64,000 bases of DNA from NCBI GenBank assembly GCA_043759735.1, contig JAYUQC010000070.1, positions 10,985 to 74,984 on the forward strand, read 5' to 3'. Source of the stretch: Rhodoferax sp. (GTDB lineage: Bacteria > Pseudomonadota > Gammaproteobacteria > Burkholderiales > Burkholderiaceae_C). The notes beneath the pieces were generated by a model that saw nothing but the letters and a program-made list of their open reading frames with translations, made no database searches and was not told the DNA's origin. Both the position numbers and the translations under genes were made by a program. Of this stretch, positions 41,450 to 50,421 are shown one piece after another (the stretch's first letter is position 1; each line of letters opens with the position of its first letter).

Positions 41450-41908
41450 ATGAGCCTGGAACAGGAAGTGGAGCTGATCCGCGGGTTCCCCGTCTTCAGC
41501 AAGATCGCACCGGCCAAGCAAAAGCTGCTGTGCTTTAGCAGCGAGCGGTTGACCTACACCGCCGGGCAGGAGATTTTTCACATGGGTGACCCTGGTGATG
41601 CCTGCTATGTGGTGATCGAGGGCAATATCGAAATCACGGTTGATCGTCCGGGTGGCAAGGGCACCTTGGTGCTCGGCACGGTCGGGCCGAAAGACATCTT
41701 GGGCGAGATTGCAATCTTTGGCCAGGTGCCGCGGACGGCCACCGCCACCGCCAAATCCCGGATCGAGGTATTGCGGATTTCGGCAGAACTATTTCGCAGC
41801 GTGATTCGCGAAAATCCTGACGCGGCGATCGAACTGATCCGTAGCCTGGCGAAACGTCTGGCCAACACCACGGCGGTGTTGTCACGCGAGACCGGCCCCT
41901 CCGATTAG
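41450..41908 (+). CDS. Stand-alone cyclic-nucleotide-binding domain protein
   Basis: GQEIFHMGDPGDACYVVIEG, GEIAIF..PRTATA phosphate-binding cassette; no C-terminal HTH; AGGAG SD. Confidence 0.92.
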   Translation: MSLEQEVELIRGFPVFSKIAPAKQKLLCFSSERLTYTAGQEIFHMGDPGDACYVVIEGNIEITVDRPGGKGTLVLGTVGPKDILGEIAIFGQVPRTATATAKSRIEVLRISAELFRSVIRENPDAAIELIRSLAKRLANTTAVLSRETGPSD

Positions 41909-41918
41909 GCGGCGCCAG

Positions 41919-43238
41919 TCATGCCATAGCGAGAACGTAGCTTTGCGTCGGCGCGGCGAAGCCCTTGAGTTGCAGTGCGTTACCGGCATCGAGGCGGCCG
42001 GTGGCCACATTCTTGCCGAGCAATGCGACCGTACGCTCGTCCACCAACACCTCGCCGTGGGCAGCTTCCGCGCACAAGCGCGAGGCCAGGTTGACGGGTG
42101 AACCCACCGCGGTGTATTCGAGCCGGGACGCGCCCCCGATCACACCGACCGTCGCGAAGCCGCTGGCCACCCCCACCCCCACTCCCAGTTGCATTTCCTG
42201 GTTGGACCATTGGCGGGTCAGCGTTATCCCGACTTCCCTGATCTGGCTGGCCAATTGGATCGCCCGCTGTGCATGGTCGGGAAATTCAATCGGCGCACCG
42301 ACCAGGATCAATACACCGTCGCCCGCCTGGTCCTTGATGGTGCCACCACATGCTGCTGCGGCAATGCCGACCGCGTCATAGTATTGGCGCAATATGTCGA
42401 TCACGCGCCGTGACGACGTCGCCGCCGAAAACGCAGTGAAGCCACGCAGATCGCAACATACGACCGACAACTCCAGCGTCTTTTCGTCGGTTGCGCTCTT
42501 GAGACCCCGCCGCGTCACCAATTGCGCCACCTGTGGCGCCAGGAAGCGTGACAGGAACTGTGCACGTTGTCCCTGGGTCACGTGGTATTGAACAGAGCCG
42601 ATCAGCAGTACCAGCAGGCCGACCGTCGTGGCCAATGGCGCTGCATTGGGTGGCAGGACGATGCCGGCGGCCATGATCGGCGCGCCGATGGCAAACCCCA
42701 CGAGTCGGCGAACCTCGGCCCGGTCTGGTCGCCGGAACAGCGTGAAAAGCGAGCCCGCGGTCCCGATCAGGATCGACAACGCCAACGGCGTGAAGAATAT
42801 CCAGAAAGTCCAATGGATGCGCTCGCCTGGGTCCAATACCAGATTGCCGAAGTGCTCGGCGCGCCATGCGGGAAATACGATCGCAGCCGCACCGTAAGCC
42901 AGCGCAAGACCCTGCGCGATCCGCAGCAGCCGATCCGGACCCTGTGTATTGAGGTTTTCCGCGGGTATGGTCTGGCGGACCCGCAGTACCCATTCGAACG
43001 CAAAAACCACTGCCAGAGCCTGCGGCAGTGCCAACACGCCCTCCCATCCAACGACGCCATGTTCCGCGCGCATCGGCAACACCCACAAGACATCGATGGC
43101 GATCGAGAGGCCGGTGAAGCACAGAAACACGCTCAATGCCGTGCTGGTCGGCGAGTGACGGTCGGCGAGGATGAATGCCAGTCCCATTCCCAATGCGAGT
43201 AAAGCGACGATGACGGGTGCGATAGTGGTGGCTTGCAC
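41919..43238 (-). CDS. Multi-TM class III adenylate/guanylate cyclase
   Basis: About 7 hydrophobic segments; CDLRGFT, AGDG, GVGVASG, EYTAVGSPVNLASRL, LKG. Confidence 0.9.
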   Translation of the reverse strand: MQATTIAPVIVALLALGMGLAFILADRHSPTSTALSVFLCFTGLSIAIDVLWVLPMRAEHGVVGWEGVLALPQALAVVFAFEWVLRVRQTIPAENLNTQGPDRLLRIAQGLALAYGAAAIVFPAWRAEHFGNLVLDPGERIHWTFWIFFTPLALSILIGTAGSLFTLFRRPDRAEVRRLVGFAIGAPIMAAGIVLPPNAAPLATTVGLLVLLIGSVQYHVTQGQRAQFLSRFLAPQVAQLVTRRGLKSATDEKTLELSVVCCDLRGFTAFSAATSSRRVIDILRQYYDAVGIAAAACGGTIKDQAGDGVLILVGAPIEFPDHAQRAIQLASQIREVGITLTRQWSNQEMQLGVGVGVASGFATVGVIGGASRLEYTAVGSPVNLASRLCAEAAHGEVLVDERTVALLGKNVATGRLDAGNALQLKGFAAPTQSYVLAMA

Positions 43239-43347
43239 TGGATGGTTCTATGGCTGGAGATTCGGCGATAACCGCAACCGGCTCTGTACCGGCCCGTCAT
43301 ATTGACGCGGGTAGTTGCGCAATTGCGAGTCTATTCTCCCAGCAGTG

Positions 43348-43432
43348 AAAAAAAGGCCCCATCTTGCGATGAGGCCTTGAAGGGATCCCTGAACCTGTAG
43401 GTTTCGAAAGGACCCGAGGAGACAACCAGAAA
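43348..43432 (-). ncRNA. Candidate anti-Shine-Dalgarno sRNA (betaproteobacterial toxic-sRNA-like) ending in a Rho-independent terminator
   Basis: Minus strand reads GTTGTCTCCTCGGGTCC...GGATCCC, then AGGCCTCATC-GCAA-GATGGGGCC-T7; 5' end unknown. Confidence 0.5.
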
Positions 43433-43538
43433 ATCTGATCCCGATACCGCCGCAGTATGTCAGGGTTTTCCCTTGTTTGCTAGGGGTGCCCGACAAATGT
43501 CGGGCGACCGCGCGACAGTGTCGGAAACAAGCGACAAG

Positions 43539-44081
43539 TTAGCGCTTCTTGCCGACCGTCTTGGATGCATTGACTGCCGAGGCTGCCACCGTGTTGAAAT
43601 TGCTTTCGGCAACTTCAGTGGCTTGTTTGACCGCTTTTTGCACCGATTCCAGTGCGTTGTTGGCGGCGGCGACGGCACTCTTCATCATGGCGACAGCGGT
43701 TTCGCTGCCGGCCGGTGCGTTCTTGGCAGCGGAATCGACCAGACCCATGAATTTCTTCTGGTTGTCGGCAGCTTGATCTTCGAAGGCGCGGGTGAACTCG
43801 GAAGCTGAACCCGACGCGATGTCGTACAGATGGCGGTTGTAGGCAGCGGTTTTCTCAGCCAGGGGCTGCATCAGGCCAGATTGCAAAGCCAGCAGTTCCT
43901 GGGCGTCTTTGACGCTCAGGAAGGCCTTGGCTTGGTCGCCGGCCTCAGCCAGGGCGGCCTTGGAAGCAGTCAGGTTGAGTTCAACGATTTTTTCAACGCC
44001 TTCGAATGCTTTGCTGGTCAGGCCGACCAGAGTTTCGATATTGGCTTTGTGGGAGGCCATGACTTGTTCAACGGTCAACAT
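43539..44081 (-). CDS. phaP: Phasin (PHA granule protein)
   Basis: [50 protein letters not shown]. Confidence 0.93.
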   Translation of the reverse strand: MLTVEQVMASHKANIETLVGLTSKAFEGVEKIVELNLTASKAALAEAGDQAKAFLSVKDAQELLALQSGLMQPLAEKTAAYNRHLYDIASGSASEFTRAFEDQAADNQKKFMGLVDSAAKNAPAGSETAVAMMKSAVAAANNALESVQKAVKQATEVAESNFNTVAASAVNASKTVGKKR

Positions 44082-44148
44082 AATAATTACTCCTGCGTCA
44101 ATGAATTAGGAAAGCTGTATCTGCTCTGTCATCCTGCATCCCAGGTCT

Positions 44149-44224
44149 ATGTTGCAGTGCAGCATGTTTCAAATTATAGGGTTATCCCGAATCGCGGCAA
44201 GCGATTTGTATTGCGGTGCAGCAT
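44149..44224. promoter_or_regulatory. Two PhaR-type operators upstream of phaP
   Basis: ATGTTGCAGTGCAGCAT (44149-65) and ATTGCGGTGCAGCAT (44210-24): repeated TGC-rich motifs in the phasin promoter. Confidence 0.6.
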
Positions 44225-44349
44225 TTTAGAGATTGGGAACTAGGAGTCTGTCGGTCCCCCAGCGAATTGGCCGCGGCCTGGGGCGTGAATGCCGGACCTT
44301 CCCGTACACTGCGAAAAGTCGGCGTGGACGCCGGGGAATTAGCGCTGCC

Positions 44350-45585
44350 ATGATCATTTCCAGCCTTCTTGATACGGATCTGTACAAATTCACCATGATG
44401 CAGGCTGTGCTGCATCAGTTTCCCGGTGCCCAGGTCGAGTACCGGTTCAAGTGCCGCAATGCGCAAGCCCAGGCAGCGCCGGATGCTCCCGCCTTTGACC
44501 TCGCCCCTTTTGCCGACGAGATCCGCGAGGAAATACGGCTGTTGTGCACCTTGCATTTCCGCGAGCCGGAACTGGCCTACCTGCGTTCGATGCGCTTTAT
44601 TAAAAGCGACTTCATCGATTTCCTGGGGCTGTTCTCGCTCAACGAAAAATACATCACGGTCAGCAGCCTGCCGTCCGGTGAAATCGACATCACGATTCGA
44701 GGCCCCTGGCTGCATACGATTTTGTTCGAGATACCGGTGTTGGCGATCGTCAACGAGGTCTATTTCCGCAATACGCGCGCGTTGCCGGACCTGGTGGAGG
44801 CGCGCCGGCGCCTGGACGCGAAGATCGAGCAACTGCGGGCCCCGGAACTGTCCGATCTGAAAATCGCGGACTATGGAACCCGACGGCGTTTCAGCAAGGC
44901 CTGGCAGGAGGAGGTGCTGCGGGTGCTGGCCGGGCGACTCGGTACGCACCAGCGGCAGGGAAGTCCGGTCGGTGTGGTTGGCCAATTCGCCGGCACCAGC
45001 AATGTGCTGTTCGCGATGAAGCTGGGCCTCACGCCGCTGGGGACGATGGCGCATGAGTATCTGCAGGCCTGCCAGGCACTGGGCCCGCGCCTGCGCGACA
45101 GCCAGATCTACGGTTTCGAAACCTGGGCCAAGGAATACCGCGGCGATCTGGGCATCGCGCTGAGCGACGTGTACGGGCTCGACGCGTTCCTGCGCGACTT
45201 CGACATGTATTTCTGCAAGCTGTTCGACGGTGCGCGCCATGACAGCGGCGACCCGTTCACTTGGGGCGAGCGGATGCTGGCGCACTATGCGCGCAACCGG
45301 GTCGACCCTCGCACCAAGACGCTTATCTTCAGCGACAGCCTGACGGTTCCGCGCACGATCGAGCTGTACCAGCAATTTCGCGGGCGTTGCCAGCTGGCTT
45401 TCGGCATCGGCACCAACCTGACCAATGATCTGGGCTATGAACCGCTGCAGATCGTCATCAAGATGGTGCGCTGCAATGGCCAGCCGGTGGCCAAGCTGTC
45501 GGATACTCCCTCCAAGAACATGTGCGACGACGAACGCTACCTGGCATACCTGCGCCAGGTGTTCGACATTCCGCAGTTGCCGTAG
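44350..45585 (+). CDS. pncB: Nicotinate phosphoribosyltransferase
   Basis: [51 protein letters not shown]. Confidence 0.97.
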   Translation: MIISSLLDTDLYKFTMMQAVLHQFPGAQVEYRFKCRNAQAQAAPDAPAFDLAPFADEIREEIRLLCTLHFREPELAYLRSMRFIKSDFIDFLGLFSLNEKYITVSSLPSGEIDITIRGPWLHTILFEIPVLAIVNEVYFRNTRALPDLVEARRRLDAKIEQLRAPELSDLKIADYGTRRRFSKAWQEEVLRVLAGRLGTHQRQGSPVGVVGQFAGTSNVLFAMKLGLTPLGTMAHEYLQACQALGPRLRDSQIYGFETWAKEYRGDLGIALSDVYGLDAFLRDFDMYFCKLFDGARHDSGDPFTWGERMLAHYARNRVDPRTKTLIFSDSLTVPRTIELYQQFRGRCQLAFGIGTNLTNDLGYEPLQIVIKMVRCNGQPVAKLSDTPSKNMCDDERYLAYLRQVFDIPQLP

Positions 45586-45675
45586 TGGCATGCGCCTGCC
45601 GGCATCCACGTTTCGGCTGTTTGCACAGCGACAGCGCATGCCGCGAACCTTGACGATCGACCCACACCCACACCC

Positions 45676-46662
45676 ATGTCCAGACCAGCCATTGCGATTG
45701 CCCGTGCGATTTTCCCCGAGGTGATCGAGCGCTTGCGGGGTCATTTCGATGTGGTGGCAAATCAGCAGGACCAGCTGATGTCGCCCGGCGAACTGGCCGC
45801 TTTTGCCGATGCACGCGCCGGCCTGTTGTGCACCGGCAGCGAACGCGTCGATGCAGCGTTGCTGGCGGCCTGTCCGGACCTGAAGATCTGCGCCAACATG
45901 GCCGTGGGCTATAACAACTTCGATCTGGACGCGATGACGACCGCCGGTGTTCTGGCGACCAACACACCGGATGTGCTGACCGAAACCACCGCAGATTTCG
46001 GCTTTACGCTGCTGATGGCGGCGGCCCGGCGTGTCTGTGAAAGCGAGCATTTTCTGCGCGCCGGAAAATGGGATCGGTGGCGCTACGACATGTTCGCAGG
46101 CCACGACATCCATGGCGCGACCCTGGGCATCATCGGCATGGGCCGCATCGGGCAGGGCATTGCGCGCCGCGGTGCGCTGGGTTTTGGCATGCAGGTGATC
46201 TACCACAACCGCAGTCGGCTGGACCCGGCGGTCGAAGCGGCCTGCAAGGCCCGTTACGTCGGCAAGCAGGAGTTGCTGCAAACCGCCGACCATGTGGTGC
46301 TGGTGGTTCCGTATTCGGCCGCCGCGCACCACACCATCGGCGTGGCGGAACTGGCCAGCATGAAGCCCACCGCGGTGCTGGTCAACATTGCACGCGGCGG
46401 CATCGTCGACGATGCCGCGCTTGCCGATGCCCTGCGCGATGGGCGCATTGCCGCAGCCGGGCTGGATGTGTTCGAGGGCGAACCACAAATGCATCCGGCA
46501 CTGCTGCAGTTGCCCAATGTCGTGCTGACCCCGCACATTGCCAGCGCGAGTGTGCCGACCCGGCTCGCGATGGCCAACCTGGCCGCCGACAACCTGATTG
46601 ATTTTTTGGTCATGGGCCGGGCGCGCACGGCACTCAACGCGCCGGCGTTGGGCTTGCGTTGA
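45676..46662 (+). CDS. D-glycerate dehydrogenase / glyoxylate reductase (GhrB-like)
   Basis: AVGYNNFD, TNTPDVLTETTAD, GIIGMGRIG, NIARGGIVD, TPHIASA. Confidence 0.92.
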   Translation: MSRPAIAIARAIFPEVIERLRGHFDVVANQQDQLMSPGELAAFADARAGLLCTGSERVDAALLAACPDLKICANMAVGYNNFDLDAMTTAGVLATNTPDVLTETTADFGFTLLMAAARRVCESEHFLRAGKWDRWRYDMFAGHDIHGATLGIIGMGRIGQGIARRGALGFGMQVIYHNRSRLDPAVEAACKARYVGKQELLQTADHVVLVVPYSAAAHHTIGVAELASMKPTAVLVNIARGGIVDDAALADALRDGRIAAAGLDVFEGEPQMHPALLQLPNVVLTPHIASASVPTRLAMANLAADNLIDFLVMGRARTALNAPALGLR

Positions 46663-46755
46663 TGGCGCAGCGGATGCGCCGTCGCGCCACGGACTGCGCG
46701 CCAGCCCGATCGCGGCTGATTTCGAAGGCAGCGCAAGGCCGGGGACGTTAGTCCG

Positions 46756-48165
46756 ATGCATGCCATCGCGTCGCTGCAGATCCAGCCGTGGTGGATGTTG
46801 CTCGCCTTTGGCTTGAACCTGCTGTTGCTGCTGTGGTTGCTGTTGCGTTCCGGTTCACGGGAGTTGCGTGAATCGACCATGCGCGCGCATGTCCAGTTGC
46901 TGGAAGCGGTACACGCCACATCGGCACGACTGGACCATCTCGAACGCTCGCTCGGACAGCAACTGGCCGAATCCTCGCGCGAGGCGCGTCAGGAGCTGTC
47001 GCAGACGATCGCCTTGTTCCAACAGACCCTGCTGGCACAAGGCGCGCAGGCCACCCGGACGCAGAATGCCCAGATCGACGCCTTCGGCCAGCAGTTGGCG
47101 CAACTGCAAATGACCGTGTCCGAAACGTTGACCACGCAATTGCACCAGCAAAGCGAGAGCAATGCGCGGCGCATGGGTGAAGTACGCCAGACGCTGGAGG
47201 TCCAACTGGCGCAACTACAGAGCAGCAACGCAGCGCGGCTGGACGAAATGCGCGCCACGGTGGACGAAAAGCTGCAGGCAACACTGCATGCCCGGTTGGG
47301 CGAGAGCTTCAAGCAGGTCGCGGACCGGCTCGAGCAGGTGCACAAGGGTCTGGGCGAGATGCAGACGCTGGCGCAGGGCGTCGGTGATTTGAAGCATCTG
47401 CTGACCAACGTGAAGACGCGTGGCATCTTTGGCGAAGCCCAGCTCGGCGCGTTGCTGGAGCAGGTGTTCGTGCCCGACCAGTACGCTGCGCAGATTGCCA
47501 CCCGACCCGGCAGCAAGGCGGTGGTGGATTTCGCGATCCGGCTGCCCGGCCGGGGTGCGGACGACCAGCCGCTGTGGCTGCCCATCGATGCCAAATTTCC
47601 GAACGAGGACTATGAACGCCTGCTCGATGCGCAAGGGCGTGCCGACGCGGTTGCAGCCGAACAGGCCGGCAAGGCGCTCGACGCACGCATCCGCCTGGAG
47701 GCACGGTCGATAGCGGACAAATACCTCGAGCCCCCGTACACCACGGACTTTGCAATCCTGTTCCTGCCCACCGAGGGCCTGTATGCCGAGGTGTTGCGTC
47801 GCCCCGGCCTGATGGAGGCGCTGCAGCGCGAGTATCGGGTGACGCTGGCCGGCCCGACCACCTTGCTGGCCATGCTGGGCGCGTTGCAGATGGGTTTTCG
47901 GACCCTCGCGCTGGAGCAACGCGCCAGCGAGGTCTGGCGCGTACTGGGTGCGGTGAAAACCGAGTTCGGCAAGTTCGGCGATGTGTTGGCCCGGGTCAAA
48001 AGCCAGACCGAGACCGTGCTCAAGACCATCGATTCGGCGCAGACGCGCAGCCGCGCGATGGACCGTGCGCTGCGCCAGGTCGAGTCGCTGCCAGACCAGC
48101 AGGCTCGCGCGCTGGTGCCGGAGCAGTTGCCACCGAACTCCGATACCGACGATGAAATCCGCTGA
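46756..48165 (+). CDS. rmuC: DNA recombination protein RmuC
   Basis: N-terminal TM plus coiled coil; KTRGIFGE, PIDAKFP, DFAILFLPTEGLYAE, GPTTL. Confidence 0.95.
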   Translation: MHAIASLQIQPWWMLLAFGLNLLLLLWLLLRSGSRELRESTMRAHVQLLEAVHATSARLDHLERSLGQQLAESSREARQELSQTIALFQQTLLAQGAQATRTQNAQIDAFGQQLAQLQMTVSETLTTQLHQQSESNARRMGEVRQTLEVQLAQLQSSNAARLDEMRATVDEKLQATLHARLGESFKQVADRLEQVHKGLGEMQTLAQGVGDLKHLLTNVKTRGIFGEAQLGALLEQVFVPDQYAAQIATRPGSKAVVDFAIRLPGRGADDQPLWLPIDAKFPNEDYERLLDAQGRADAVAAEQAGKALDARIRLEARSIADKYLEPPYTTDFAILFLPTEGLYAEVLRRPGLMEALQREYRVTLAGPTTLLAMLGALQMGFRTLALEQRASEVWRVLGAVKTEFGKFGDVLARVKSQTETVLKTIDSAQTRSRAMDRALRQVESLPDQQARALVPEQLPPNSDTDDEIR

Positions 48166-49369
48166 GCTGGCACGGTTGATCTGCGCCCACATCTGCCTGC
48201 ATGCGTGCATGGCGGGAACGCGCATGGCCGCGCCGCTGCTGGCACTGCGCGACGGGCATAGCGCGATGAATGTCGGCGTGTTGCTGGCGCTGTTCGCGCT
48301 GGCGCCGGTGTTCCTGGCCCTGCCAGCCGGCCGGTTTGCCGATCAACATGGGCTCAAGCGGCCGATGGGCATCTGCGTTGCAGTGGCTGTCCTGGGAGCG
48401 GGTACAGCCGTGCTGTTTCCGGTTTTTCCGGTGCTGTGCTTCAGTGCCTTGATGACGGGTGGCGCGACCGGCGCAGCCTCGATTGCATTGCAGCGCCATG
48501 TCGGGCGCGCTGCCGCCGGGCCGACCGAGCTCAAGCGGGTGTTCAGCTGGCTCGCCATCGGGCCTGCTGCATCGAATTTCGTCGGCCCGCTGAGCGCCGG
48601 GTTGATGATCGACTACGCCGGATCGAGTGCGGGCGACACCGCAGGTTTTCGCTGGGCATTCCTGTCGATGGCGGCACTGCCGGTAGCGACCTGGTTCTGG
48701 ATCCGGTCGGTGCGCGACCTGGAGCCGGTCGCGCGGGTTGTCGGCGCGCCCAACACCCGCGCCTGGGATCTGTTGCGCGAACCGATGATGCGCCGGCTGA
48801 TGCTGGTCAACTGGTTCCTGGCGTCTTGTTGGGACGTGCACCTGTTCGTGGTGCCGGTGATCGGCCATGAGCGCGGCTTCAATGCGTCGGTGATCGGTGG
48901 CATCCTGGGTGGGTTTGCCATCGCGGCGGCACTGGTGCGCGTTGTGATGCCGCTATTTGCCGCCCGACTGCGCGAGCATGTCGTGATCGCCAGCGCGATG
49001 CTGATCACCGCGGCGGTATTCGGCGTCTACCCATTCATGGACAGCGCGATGGCCATGGGCGCCTGCTCCGTATTGCTCGGTCTGGCGTTGGGTTCGGTAC
49101 AACCGATGGTCATGAGTACCCTGCATCAAATCACACCCGATACCCGCCACGGCGAGGCCCTGGGCCTTCGCCTGATGGCGATCAATGCGTCGAGCGTTGC
49201 GATGCCGATTTTTTTCGGCAGCCTGGGTGCCGTGATTGGCGTGTCCGCGCTGTTCTGGACTGTGGGGCTGGTGGTTGGGCTTGGCTCACGACTCGCCTTC
49301 GGACTTGCGGTGCAGGGGGCTGGCGCGCAGCAGCGTGCCGGCGCAACTACAGACCGTAAAAAGCCTTGA
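48152..49369 (+). CDS. MFS transporter
   Basis: About 12 hydrophobic segments; GRFADQHGLKR loop motif; overlaps the rmuC stop. Confidence 0.88.
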   Translation: MKSAELARLICAHICLHACMAGTRMAAPLLALRDGHSAMNVGVLLALFALAPVFLALPAGRFADQHGLKRPMGICVAVAVLGAGTAVLFPVFPVLCFSALMTGGATGAASIALQRHVGRAAAGPTELKRVFSWLAIGPAASNFVGPLSAGLMIDYAGSSAGDTAGFRWAFLSMAALPVATWFWIRSVRDLEPVARVVGAPNTRAWDLLREPMMRRLMLVNWFLASCWDVHLFVVPVIGHERGFNASVIGGILGGFAIAAALVRVVMPLFAARLREHVVIASAMLITAAVFGVYPFMDSAMAMGACSVLLGLALGSVQPMVMSTLHQITPDTRHGEALGLRLMAINASSVAMPIFFGSLGAVIGVSALFWTVGLVVGLGSRLAFGLAVQGAGAQQRAGATTDRKKP

Positions 49370-50210
49370 TGTATTGCCACGCCTCTTCGGGCGTGTCGAC
49401 ATAGGCGAACAGGTCCAGGTCCTGGGGCGATATCGCGCCGGCTTCGATCAGTACATCGAAGTTGACCAGGCGTTTCCAGTAATCGGAGCCGAACAGCACG
49501 ATCGGCACCGGCTTGGCCTTGCCGGTTTGCACCAGCGTGATCACCTCGAACAGTTCGTCCAGGGTGCCAAAACCTCCCGGAAACGCCGCCAGCGCCTTGG
49601 CACGCATCATGAAATGCATCTTGCGCAGCGCGAAATAGTGGAACTTGAAGCTCAACGACGGCGTGACATACGGGTTCGCATGTTGCTCGTGCGGCAGCGC
49701 GATATTGAGCCCGACAGTGGCCGCTCCCAGTTCGTGCGCACCCCGGTTGGCCGCCTCCATGATGCCCGGCCCGCCGCCGGTGGCAATGTAGAGCCGTTCC
49801 GACGCCGACCTGTCGGCGCTGTATTGCGCCACCAGGCGGGCGAACAGCCGGGCCTGGTCGTAGTAGCGTGCATTGCGCACGCCGCGCTCGGCCAGTGCCA
49901 CTGCTTGCGGGTCACCGCTGATGCGGGCCGCCTGCAGCGCGGTGTCTGCGTCCTCGGGCGCCGGGAAACGGGCACTGCCGAATACGACGACGGTGTTTTC
50001 GATGCCGGCCGCGACCTGGTCCACATCGGGTTTGAGCAACTCGAGCTGGAAGCGGATTCCGCGGGTTTCCCGGCGCAGCATGAACTCGGGGTCGGCAAAC
50101 GCGAGCCGGTAGGCATCGGCGTGCAGCGGGTTACCTTGAACCGCATGACTTTGCAATTCGGCCCAGGCGTCGGCCAGGCGGCGTTCGGTCAGATGTTGGG
50201 TTTGTTCCAT
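49347..50210 (-). CDS. LOG family (TIGR00730-like) Rossmann-fold protein
   Basis: VFGSAR, TGGGPGIMEAANRGA, FALRKMHF, PGGFGTLDELFE. Confidence 0.93.
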   Translation of the reverse strand: MEQTQHLTERRLADAWAELQSHAVQGNPLHADAYRLAFADPEFMLRRETRGIRFQLELLKPDVDQVAAGIENTVVVFGSARFPAPEDADTALQAARISGDPQAVALAERGVRNARYYDQARLFARLVAQYSADRSASERLYIATGGGPGIMEAANRGAHELGAATVGLNIALPHEQHANPYVTPSLSFKFHYFALRKMHFMMRAKALAAFPGGFGTLDELFEVITLVQTGKAKPVPIVLFGSDYWKRLVNFDVLIEAGAISPQDLDLFAYVDTPEEAWQYIKAFYGL

Positions 50211-50421
50211 GGACCCGATTGTGGGGGAATTCCGCGCTGCAGCCAGGTCGTGATGGTTGGGGCCTGCCAGCCCTCATGGCTGGCGATGCTGATTCAACCG
50301 GCTGCAGCCGGCATACGACTGACGTGGATCAACCGTAGCTGCGGTGGCGGCAACAAAACCATCGCGTGGCGGCGCAGTTCGCTATAGCATCGGCAGACAA
50401 CCAATCCATGGGAGGATCGCC

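Noticed and set aside
41450-43238. Cyclase plus cNMP-binding protein as a Pycsar anti-phage system
   Set aside because: The genes are convergent rather than operonic, the cyclase is a multi-TM sensor type, and the cNMP protein lacks a TM or TIR effector domain
44182-46761. 859-aa minus-strand ORF, plus other long antisense ORFs (18241-20172, 54196-56091, 39544-40560)
   Set aside because: Shadow frames of well-supported genes (pncB/ghrB, clpA, uvrC, the ABC protein) caused by high-GC codon bias; no recognisable motifs
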